From the IMG/VR virus record IMGVR_UViG_3300022542_000059, positions 1-43,836 of that record: 43,836 nt of DNA; one strand, 5' to 3'. Below are positions 8,720 through 15,203 of this stretch, in pieces; positions within the stretch are counted from its first letter, which is position 1, and the number at the start of each line of letters is the position of its first letter. The DNA comes from a virus. The notes under the pieces are model-generated. The model searched no databases. It was not told the origin of the DNA and worked only from the letters and a program-made list of their open reading frames with translations. Position numbers and translations under genes: made by a program.

Positions 8720-10452
8720 TATACAACCTCTTCTTCGTTTTCTTCGGGAGGAGGAGCTTCTCCTTCAGCGGGAGGTGCTTGTGCAAACTCTTGCTGTAAT
8801 TGCTGTACTGTAAGCTGAGTCATAAACTGTTCTTTGATAGCAATATCTTGTTCAACAAGATTATACTTCTCAAAACCAAGTTCTTCTTCAAGAGCTTTAG
8901 CAGTACGAAGCCCGCTGATATGAGGAGCAATACCTGGATTATCAGATACCGCCAAGAGATTCTGGATCTCCTGTACTCGTTTATTTCTAGCAGCAAAATG
9001 TTTAGCACCTACCGGTCGGAGAATACCATCTGCTACAACATCCTCTCGTGTAATAGTAGTGAGTTCTAAGGCACGAGTATCATCATTAAAAACTCTTGCT
9101 ACATCAGTAATATCAAGATTACGGATAGTCATTTCAAACATAAGATTAAGAAGAGGTTCAATAACATGTTCTTCAAAACTATTCAATTTATCTTGGAACA
9201 TTCTATCGGCACCCTGCTGAAGAATATTAACTTCAAAAGCAGTCTTCTCTCCAGGAGTACGAAAGCCCATTGACTCTTTAGGACTTCCTGCCATTTGTTC
9301 CATGAAGTTATGATAAAGAAGAATTTCATTATTAACTTGAAGAACAGTAGAGTCTGGCCGATGGATAATTAGTTGTCCATCTGCACCAGTAAATACTTTA
9401 GCACCTGGACCCCATTCAAAATCTTCTACGTTATCTCCCCGTAGTTCAACAATAGGATGTACTGTCTGGTCAAAAGTATCTGCTTTAAGATTCTCTAAAT
9501 GATCTACTCGATATTGCATACCAACTAGATTATCAAGTGGCCCTTGTCCATAAAGGTTATCTGGTAACTTACGCCAACCATTATGCACAAAAGGTTTCTT
9601 TCCACTCCATGCAGGATTCTCTTCATTTTCTACAATAAAGGTACGATCTGCAATAACAATCTTGCGATTCTTTAGGACTTCTCCTGTCTCTTTAATAAAG
9701 ATATCACCCCAATATTCTAGGATTTCAATATAGCCAGAATTAAGATATTCACCGAAAGAAGTAAATCCATCAATATTAAATCCTGTTTCTTTATACCAGT
9801 CAATAGTATCTGTAGCAGGATCTCTTAGTTCTTGAATCTGTCCAGTTGCTTCAGGATACTTACTCATAAAGGAAGCAAGAGGCATCATCTTTCGGTAAAC
9901 AAAAATAGAATTATTAAAAGTCTTAGCTCTTGGATCAATAACTGTATCTAGGGGAGAGATTCTAAAAATCTTAGGGCCAATATAATTTACAATCTCTTCA
10001 CCAGTTCGAGCAGATTTAGTAACTTCCCTTACCCACTTTACTCCAGCAAAGGCATTACCATAGATTACCCAATCCCTAACAATCTTCTCAAGCTCTTGCC
10101 TAAAATTTCCCATCCGAATCTTAGTCTGCATATACTGCTCAATCAGATTTGCTTTCTGATGAGACTCTGCATCAATACCTTCCCAACGAAACCAATCATC
10201 AGAAGGCATAAGAGCAGCCATATAGAAAGAGCTAAGGTTATCTGCAATCTGTGTAAGCTTTGGGATAGTTGTTTTATTTGACCAAGCAAGAGTACCTACT
10301 TCTGTATCTGAAGTAGAACTTGCAGTTACATAGCGCCTAGTCTCAAGAGCTTTATCAAGCCAATTAGTACGTTCAAAATTAAGACGAGACCAAGCATTTG
10401 TAACTATAACTGCTATATCTTCTCTTGGGTCAACTACTTCTAATAGAGACAT
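8719..10452 (-). CDS. Portal (head-tail connector) protein
   Basis: 577 aa, immediately downstream of terL. Acidic Glu/Pro-rich C-terminus. Size and position match podovirus portals. Confidence 0.75.
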   Translation of the reverse strand: MSLLEVVDPREDIAVIVTNAWSRLNFERTNWLDKALETRRYVTASSTSDTEVGTLAWSNKTTIPKLTQIADNLSSFYMAALMPSDDWFRWEGIDAESHQKANLIEQYMQTKIRMGNFRQELEKIVRDWVIYGNAFAGVKWVREVTKSARTGEEIVNYIGPKIFRISPLDTVIDPRAKTFNNSIFVYRKMMPLASFMSKYPEATGQIQELRDPATDTIDWYKETGFNIDGFTSFGEYLNSGYIEILEYWGDIFIKETGEVLKNRKIVIADRTFIVENEENPAWSGKKPFVHNGWRKLPDNLYGQGPLDNLVGMQYRVDHLENLKADTFDQTVHPIVELRGDNVEDFEWGPGAKVFTGADGQLIIHRPDSTVLQVNNEILLYHNFMEQMAGSPKESMGFRTPGEKTAFEVNILQQGADRMFQDKLNSFEEHVIEPLLNLMFEMTIRNLDITDVARVFNDDTRALELTTITREDVVADGILRPVGAKHFAARNKRVQEIQNLLAVSDNPGIAPHISGLRTAKALEEELGFEKYNLVEQDIAIKEQFMTQLTVQQLQQEFAQAPPAEGEAPPPEENEEEVV

Positions 10453-10461
10453 AAATTACCT

Positions 10462-12006
10462 TTATACAACTCCACCCCATTTAGGATGAAATTTAAGATT
10501 AACTACATTTCCTGAATTTCTATTCCGTTTACTTGGTGCAGTAGCAATTTCTACTACAGATGCTAGTGCATCACTTACATCATCATGCGGTGGTCGAGTA
10601 GCAATTAACTCATCTTCTAAGATTTGACAATTACCTCCACGATAATGTAAAATATCTCCTACTGCATATCGTGGTTCAAGATTAGCCATGATACGGATTT
10701 CTTTATTAGTAACTTGAGAAACTTTATCAATTGAATAGTAGATGCCACGACTTCTATTAAAATCTTTAATTTGCTCTACTACAAGATTCTGCTGTGCATT
10801 ACATTCGGCTCTTAGCTTTACCCATTTCCATTTATCATAGAAATGTTCAAGTTCATCTGCCATAACTGAGATCTTATCAGTTTTAAATCTGGCGATATCT
10901 AGTACATAAACTTTATGATCTGCCGAAACTCCAACTACTACTATTGCGGTATAGTCACTCTTCTTAGTCATTGTTGCAGCAAAGTCAATTGCAGCAAAGA
11001 CATTAAGTTTTTTATCTCCTATACTCCATTGTCCTTGATATTGAGTAACTTTCTCTCGATCATAATAATTAAAATTCTCAACTCTCTTGTTCATTGGATC
11101 AGATGGGTCATTATAATACTGAGCAAAATATTGAGACTTATCTAAATATTGAGACTTAATACGAGAGAGTTCTTTTTTATTAAAGCCAAACCACTTACCA
11201 TCTTTTCGTCTTTGTCTTGGCCAAAGAAACTCATTATCTGATTCAACTACTTTAATAGAATAATTATAAATCTTTTTCTGATCTATAACCTCTCCTTCAT
11301 CATCGTAGATCTCTTCTTCCATACTAATAAGATCTTCATAGAGATCTTCGGGATGATATCTTGTTCCTACTGCTTTAATAACTCCACCTGGATTTAGAAT
11401 AGAAGTAAGGAGAGAATACCATCCTTTAACCTTCTCTCTCTCAGTCTTAGTCTGTGCATTTTCATTTACAACAATGTCATCAAGTAATACAACATCAGCA
11501 TGAAAGCCAGTAATATTAGCTCCCATACCTATTGCTTTAATAGAGGGATCTCGTATTGCTTCTTCCATACGCTTAGGATGATCTACGCATATAGCATCAG
11601 ATCTCCACATTGTACGTTTACCTTCATCATTAGCTAAAAGTTCAGGCCAATACTTTCTTACAACTTCACTGTCAAGAATATTCTTAATAAAACTAAGCTG
11701 TGAATCTGCAAGACTACTTGTTGCCGAAGCATAAAGAACAGTAGACTCTGGATTATTTATAAGGTACCAAGCTGCCCAATAAGCAATCATCGTACTCTTC
11801 TGGTGACCACGAGGCCAAAGGATTAACTGATGAGCAAAGTCTGGCTCCATAAAAAATTTCAGAAGATCATGGTGGCAATGTCCAAGCATTCTATATGGAG
11901 CTACAAGACCAACAAATCCTCTCAGATCTGCCATTGCCATACTTCTTATTTCCAGTTGCTTTTTTGTAAATTTCGCATCTGAGTATAACTTCTTATGCCT
12001 ACCCAT
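10462..12006 (-). CDS. terL: Terminase large subunit
   Basis: 514 aa. Walker A-like WPRGHQKST, Walker B-like ADVVLLDDIV, and C-terminal RNase H-like nuclease segments (AAIDFAATMTKKSDYTAIVVVG ... HDDVSDALA). Confidence 0.85.
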   Translation of the reverse strand: MGRHKKLYSDAKFTKKQLEIRSMAMADLRGFVGLVAPYRMLGHCHHDLLKFFMEPDFAHQLILWPRGHQKSTMIAYWAAWYLINNPESTVLYASATSSLADSQLSFIKNILDSEVVRKYWPELLANDEGKRTMWRSDAICVDHPKRMEEAIRDPSIKAIGMGANITGFHADVVLLDDIVVNENAQTKTEREKVKGWYSLLTSILNPGGVIKAVGTRYHPEDLYEDLISMEEEIYDDEGEVIDQKKIYNYSIKVVESDNEFLWPRQRRKDGKWFGFNKKELSRIKSQYLDKSQYFAQYYNDPSDPMNKRVENFNYYDREKVTQYQGQWSIGDKKLNVFAAIDFAATMTKKSDYTAIVVVGVSADHKVYVLDIARFKTDKISVMADELEHFYDKWKWVKLRAECNAQQNLVVEQIKDFNRSRGIYYSIDKVSQVTNKEIRIMANLEPRYAVGDILHYRGGNCQILEDELIATRPPHDDVSDALASVVEIATAPSKRNRNSGNVVNLKFHPKWGGVV

Positions 12007-12010
12007 TTAC

Positions 12011-12484
12011 TTACTTCCCACCATTAATTAGCCTAAGAATCCTATCTTCTTCTTCTTTAGTTTCAGCAGAAGCACGAGCAAGTTCTTTAGCTTCTTTTGT
12101 TTTCTCTGCTTTACTTGGACGGCCACTACCTGAACGCTTTCTCCAGCCACCTTCCGAAAGAAACTTTGCAGCTTGTAGTGCCTTAGGATCATCTCCTTTT
12201 GATAGTTCAATAATCTTAGCTACTGATTCACTACGAAGTTTGATTTCCAGTTCTTCTTTCCATTCGGCAATATAAGAGTTGAAAGTCTTCCAGTCATTCT
12301 TTAAACGTTCCCATTCTTTCCAAGAACCACAAAGTTGTAAGGCTGGTTTATATTCAGTCATATCTTCAAGTTCAATGAAGACGTTATGAAATTGTTCGAT
12401 ATCGTAAGTTCCATCTTCAAAGAGTTGACGAGAAGGAATACGACCTCTTCCAAGTTTTTCAGTTTTAATCTTTCCTTGTGCCAT
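12011..12484 (-). CDS. terS: Terminase small subunit candidate
   Basis: 157 aa, directly upstream of terL. Charged helical protein with ALQAAKFLSEGGWRKR. The call rests mostly on position. Confidence 0.5.
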   Translation of the reverse strand: MAQGKIKTEKLGRGRIPSRQLFEDGTYDIEQFHNVFIELEDMTEYKPALQLCGSWKEWERLKNDWKTFNSYIAEWKEELEIKLRSESVAKIIELSKGDDPKALQAAKFLSEGGWRKRSGSGRPSKAEKTKEAKELARASAETKEEEDRILRLINGGK

Positions 12485-12783
12485 TATGTAAATAAATCTC
12501 CTGCAATTAATCTTTCCTCTAACATATCTGGAATAGATAAATTAGTAGAAGATTTTGTTGTCTTCATATAATAAAACCATTGATCTTCAATAGAGACACT
12601 ACCTAAAGTTGTAAGAGACTCTAACCACTCTAGTTCTAGTTGAGTTGCATCTTCACTACTAGAAGTTAGAGCATCTTGAAGAAAGGCAAGCCAAGCATCT
12701 TCTAAACTAATATAAGAAGAACTAAGAGAAGTATTAATTGCCGAAAGAAATCTATCTGGATTTAGATTTTTTACTATACTCAT
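12484..12783 (-). CDS. Hypothetical protein, first gene of the late operon
   Basis: 99-aa acidic ORF whose stop overlaps the terS-like start. Confidence 0.5.
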   Translation of the reverse strand: MSIVKNLNPDRFLSAINTSLSSSYISLEDAWLAFLQDALTSSSEDATQLELEWLESLTTLGSVSIEDQWFYYMKTTKSSTNLSIPDMLEERLIAGDLFT

Positions 12784-12908
12784 TTTTACACCATATCTGG
12801 TTTTAAAAGATTACCGAAAGAAAAAGCTAATCCTGCTAAGGATACAACTGTAGCATCTATATATTTCTCTGTAGTGTTGCTTGAAGAACTTATATAGGAA
12901 AGTAGAAA

Positions 12909-12932
12909 GAACTTTAAACTTTATTAAAGTTC
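12909..12932 (-). promoter_or_regulatory. Perfect 9-bp inverted repeat in the late-operon leader (terminator/attenuator-like on the minus strand)
   Basis: GAACTTTAA (12909..12917) / TTAAAGTTC (12924..12932) with a 6-nt loop. On the minus strand it is followed by TTTCTACTTTCC. It lies ~40 nt downstream of the late promoter and ~125 nt upstream of the first late ATG. Confidence 0.4.
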
Positions 12933-12975
12933 CCTATAGAGTAGTAAGAAGTTTCTCTGTAACTTCCTATAGAAT

Positions 12976-13004
12976 ATTATATCATGTTTCGCTCTTCAAG
13001 TCAA
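12976..13004 (-). promoter_or_regulatory. Consensus sigma70-type promoter for the late/structural operon
   Basis: Minus strand reads TTGACT - 17 nt - TATAAT, with TGa immediately upstream of the -10 (extended -10). -35 = 12999..13004, -10 = 12976..12981. Confidence 0.7.
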
Positions 13005-13045
13005 CATAAAAATGCACTATTCTTGAAAATAAATTTATATAGGGA

Positions 13046-13078
13046 ATACTCAGAGTATGGGGCGAGCGAAGCGAGCCC
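13046..13078. other. Palindrome ATACTC-A-GAGTAT followed by a GC-rich element containing the GCGAAGC mini-hairpin heptamer
   Basis: 13046..13058 is a perfect 6-bp-arm palindrome. 13059..13078 is GGGGCGAGCGAAGCGAGCCC (GCGAGC direct repeat around GAA; GGGC/GCCC can close the stem). Confidence 0.5.
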
Positions 13079-13130
13079 TTTCTAAGAATGTCAAGGAAAT
13101 AATACTGTTACTGAAAGATAAAATTCATTG

Positions 13131-13204
13131 GAAATTTCCTTTAGGGAGATCTGAAATTTATGTGAGAAATTTCTAGGGATTTGGAGATTTGAAATTTATA
13201 TTAG
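13131..13204. repeat. Imperfect tandem direct repeat, two units of ~35-38 bp (iteron-like)
   Basis: Unit A is GAAATTTCCTTTAGGGAGATCTGAAATTTATGTGA. Unit B is GAAATTTCTAGGGATTTGGAGATTTGAAATTTATATTA. GAAATTT occurs at 13131, 13153, 13166 and 13191. Confidence 0.7.
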
Positions 13205-13239
13205 ATTTTTTCAGGGAGCTATTAATATATAAGTAAGAG

Positions 13240-13262
13240 CCCCCCACCCCCCTTGCTGCCCC
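13240..13262. repeat. C6-A-C6-TTGCTG-C4 tract (G-rich on the minus strand), isolated in AT-rich DNA
   Basis: Read directly: gCCCCCCACCCCCCTTGCTGCCCC, flanked by attaatatataagtaa and aattaaataaatattt. Confidence 0.8.
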
Positions 13263-13509
13263 AATTAAATAAATATTTATTTCCCTAGTGAATTACTCGA
13301 TGATTTCCCTAGGAATATGCTGGGAAGCAGGGGAATTATCTAGCATAATAACCTAGTAAAGTACTCTCACCATACTCTAGTAAATATCCTAGTAGTATAC
13401 TTTATCACATATCCGTCAATATAATGACGCTTTATAGATAGTTATATACATCTATAAATAACTAAGAATAACTAAAACTAACAGTGTACAAATAATTTTA
13501 AAATACTTC

Positions 13510-13538
13510 TTGACATTCTGTCGGCCTCTTGGTATTGT
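13510..13538 (+). promoter_or_regulatory. Sigma70-type early promoter P1
   Basis: TTGACA (13510..13515) - 17 nt - TATTGT (13533..13538), preceded by an A/T-rich UP-like stretch. Confidence 0.6.
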
Positions 13539-13607
13539 TTATCCACAACGCAAGACAAACACCCAAACTCTTTGGCGTTGCCAAACGACACGAAAGGAAA
13601 CTTCATC

Positions 13608-13694
13608 ATGTCATTATTCTTCTGTATCACTGGTATTTACATGGGAATATTCGCAGGGGCAATGTGGTATTTACTTCCGGTTTTGAATTTCTAA
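13608..13694 (+). CDS. 28-codon hydrophobic micro-ORF (putative single-pass membrane peptide)
   Basis: Hand translation: MSLFFCITGIYMGIFAGAMWYLLPVLNF. Weak RBS AAGGAAA lies 8 nt upstream. It is the first ORF downstream of P1. Confidence 0.4.
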   Translation: MSLFFCITGIYMGIFAGAMWYLLPVLNF

Positions 13695-13721
13695 TTCATC
13701 TTGAATTTTTAAAATAATCCC

Positions 13722-13750
13722 TTGACAAATAAAAGAACACTTGATAAGGT
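13722..13750 (+). promoter_or_regulatory. Sigma70-type early promoter P2 (extended -10)
   Basis: TTGACA (13722..13727) - 17 nt ending in TGa - TAAGGT (13745..13750). The cassette resembles P3 and P4. Confidence 0.6.
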
Positions 13751-13780
13751 TAACTCAACTCAAACAAAGGAGAATGAAAA

Positions 13781-13981
13781 ATGAAACCATGTCCTTTTTG
13801 TGGAGGCAGTGAAAAATTTCCCGCTAGGCCAATAAAACTTTCTGTGCCCTGGGCAAAAACAACATACACTGTCGAATGCGACAATTGCCAAGCAACTTGT
13901 GGCTATGAAGACACGGAACAAGACGCCATTGATCGATGGAATGACCGGACGGTAAAGAGCATGGAGGAAAACAAATGCTAA
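13781..13981 (+). CDS. lar: Lar-family restriction alleviation protein
   Basis: 66 aa. MKPCPFCGG ... VECDNCQATCGYEDTEQDAIDRWNDR matches the Lar pattern (CPFCGG, second CxxC, A-I-x-x-W-N-x-R). RBS GGAGAA. First sizeable early gene. Confidence 0.75.
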   Translation: MKPCPFCGGSEKFPARPIKLSVPWAKTTYTVECDNCQATCGYEDTEQDAIDRWNDRTVKSMEENKC

Positions 13982-14565
13982 CAAACAAAGAGTACCAAGA
14001 AATAAAAGCCCATGTTTCTTTCGGTAACCCCAAGCTCCCCAAAACGACAATGATATTTAACATGGGAGCTGCAACAGACTGCCCTTCGGATGCCTTGGGG
14101 CTGTGTGAAAACAGTAAAATCTGCTACGCCAAGGCAGCAGAGAGGCAATACCATAAAACATGCCCACAATATCGCAAAAGGCAAGAAGATATCTGGAAAA
14201 AGTACAGTGCAATCCAATTAGCAAAGGCTTTTGTTAAAATTATTAAAGCCAAAAGAATCAGAGTTGACGCCTTTCGATTCAATGAAAGTGGGGATTTTTG
14301 GAGTCGAGGGTGTGTCGAGAAATTAAGTATCATTGCAGCTTGGCTGAAAGCTGAATTAAATATCATCACTTATGGCTACACGGCAAGAAAAGACCTTGAC
14401 TTTTCAAAAGTATGTTTCTTTGTCCTTGGCTCTAACTTCCTGCTTGATGGGGAATTTAGGACAGTTGAACGTCCATCTGGATTGCACCCTGTCTGTCCTG
14501 GGGATTGCACTAAATGCACTCTTTGTCAGGGTTATGATGGAGTGATTGAGGTAACAGCACATTAA
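13975..14565 (+). CDS. Cys-rich early protein, possibly GP88-domain-like; function unknown
   Basis: 196 aa. GNPKLPKTTMIFNMGAATDCPSDALGLCENSKICYAKAAERQY, FRFNESGDFWS, and C-terminal VCPGDCTKCTLC (C-x3-C-x2-C-x2-C). The family assignment is from memory only. Confidence 0.4.
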   Translation: MLTNKEYQEIKAHVSFGNPKLPKTTMIFNMGAATDCPSDALGLCENSKICYAKAAERQYHKTCPQYRKRQEDIWKKYSAIQLAKAFVKIIKAKRIRVDAFRFNESGDFWSRGCVEKLSIIAAWLKAELNIITYGYTARKDLDFSKVCFFVLGSNFLLDGEFRTVERPSGLHPVCPGDCTKCTLCQGYDGVIEVTAH

Positions 14566-14640
14566 ATGTGCGAAGGTAAAACATTAAATTCTTTTCGGGC
14601 CATCATTATGTGGTGGTCTTATAAGGAAGTTAATGCTTGA
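14566..14640 (+). CDS. 24-codon micro-ORF (weak candidate)
   Basis: MCEGKTLNSFRAIIMWWSYKEVNA. The ATG directly follows the stop of the upstream gene, and its TGA is embedded in the -35 TTGACA of P3. No good SD. Confidence 0.25.
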   Translation: MCEGKTLNSFRAIIMWWSYKEVNA

Positions 14641-14665
14641 CAAAGTAAAAGAAGCTTGTTAGGGT
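14637..14665 (+). promoter_or_regulatory. Sigma70-type early promoter P3 (extended -10)
   Basis: TTGACA (14637..14642) - 17 nt ending in TGt - TAGGGT (14660..14665). Confidence 0.55.
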
Positions 14666-14692
14666 ATAAACAACAGGAAGGAGAAAAACAAA

Positions 14693-14764
14693 ATGTTTGA
14701 GTTGTCAATGTTAATCGGATTCGTATACTGTGTTTTTTCTACTTTTGGTAAAGAAAAACCTTGA
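14693..14764 (+). CDS. 23-codon hydrophobic micro-ORF
   Basis: MFELSMLIGFVYCVFSTFGKEKP. Strong RBS GGAAGGAGAA 8-9 nt upstream. Own promoter P3. Its stop TGA lies inside the -35 of P4. Confidence 0.5.
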   Translation: MFELSMLIGFVYCVFSTFGKEKP

Positions 14765-14789
14765 CGAGTTAAAAAGAATTTGATAAAGT
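14761..14789 (+). promoter_or_regulatory. Sigma70-type early promoter P4 (extended -10)
   Basis: TTGACG (14761..14766) - 17 nt ending in TGa - TAAAGT (14784..14789). Confidence 0.55.
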
Positions 14790-14816
14790 ATCAATAACAA
14801 AGGAGGAAAAACAAAA

Positions 14817-14888
14817 ATGTTTATCAAAGAAAATTGGCTTTACTTGCTGGTAATAGTCCTTTACGTCTTCATAATTATACCTCACTAA
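14817..14888 (+). CDS. 23-codon hydrophobic micro-ORF
   Basis: MFIKENWLYLLVIVLYVFIIIPH. RBS AAAGGAGGAAAA upstream. Own promoter P4. Confidence 0.5.
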   Translation: MFIKENWLYLLVIVLYVFIIIPH

Positions 14889-14906
14889 CAAAAGGAGAAA
14901 ATTAAA

Positions 14907-15203
14907 ATGAAACAAACAATTACTAGAGGCCAATTCATCGACCAGTTTAAATCCCTTCGCCCTGACAAATTCAGCTATGCTGGATTAAAAGCACTATTTG
15001 ACTACTTGGAGCAATGGGAGGAGGATTGTGAGGAAGAAATAGAACTTGACGTGATTTCCATTTGTTGTGAATACACCGAATGGAACGACCTAGAAGAATT
15101 TAATCGAGCTTATGACCTTCACTGTGAATATCTTCAGGACGTAGAAGAACACACTGTAGTTGTTGAAATTGATTCAGAAGCTTTTATTACAATGGATTTT
15201 TAA
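14907..15203 (+). CDS. Highly acidic early protein (possible DNA-mimic/anti-restriction candidate)
   Basis: 98 aa. Hand count gives 26 Asp/Glu against 7 Lys/Arg. LEQWEEDCEEEIELDVISICCEYTEWNDLEEF. RBS AAGGAGAA. Confidence 0.45.
   Translation: MKQTITRGQFIDQFKSLRPDKFSYAGLKALFDYLEQWEEDCEEEIELDVISICCEYTEWNDLEEFNRAYDLHCEYLQDVEEHTVVVEIDSEAFITMDF

Noticed and set aside
13131-13204. CRISPR-like array
   Set aside because: There are only two adjacent imperfect units with no spacers. No other regularly spaced repeats were seen anywhere in the window.
12930-13220. T7/SP6-like phage RNA polymerase promoters (TATAGGGA, TTAGGGAGA)
   Set aside because: The closed genome has no single-subunit RNAP ORF. The upstream halves of the sites do not share a 23-bp consensus. 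One copy coincides with the initial transcribed region of a sigma70-type promoter. It is kept only as an unexplained motif.
13529-14369. Track ORFs 13529..13717 (+) and 13760..14050, 13824..14063, 13978..14217, 14124..14369 (-)
   Set aside because: They overlap or are antisense to the micro-ORF, Lar-like and Cys-rich early genes, which have promoters and SD sites. They show no coding features of their own.
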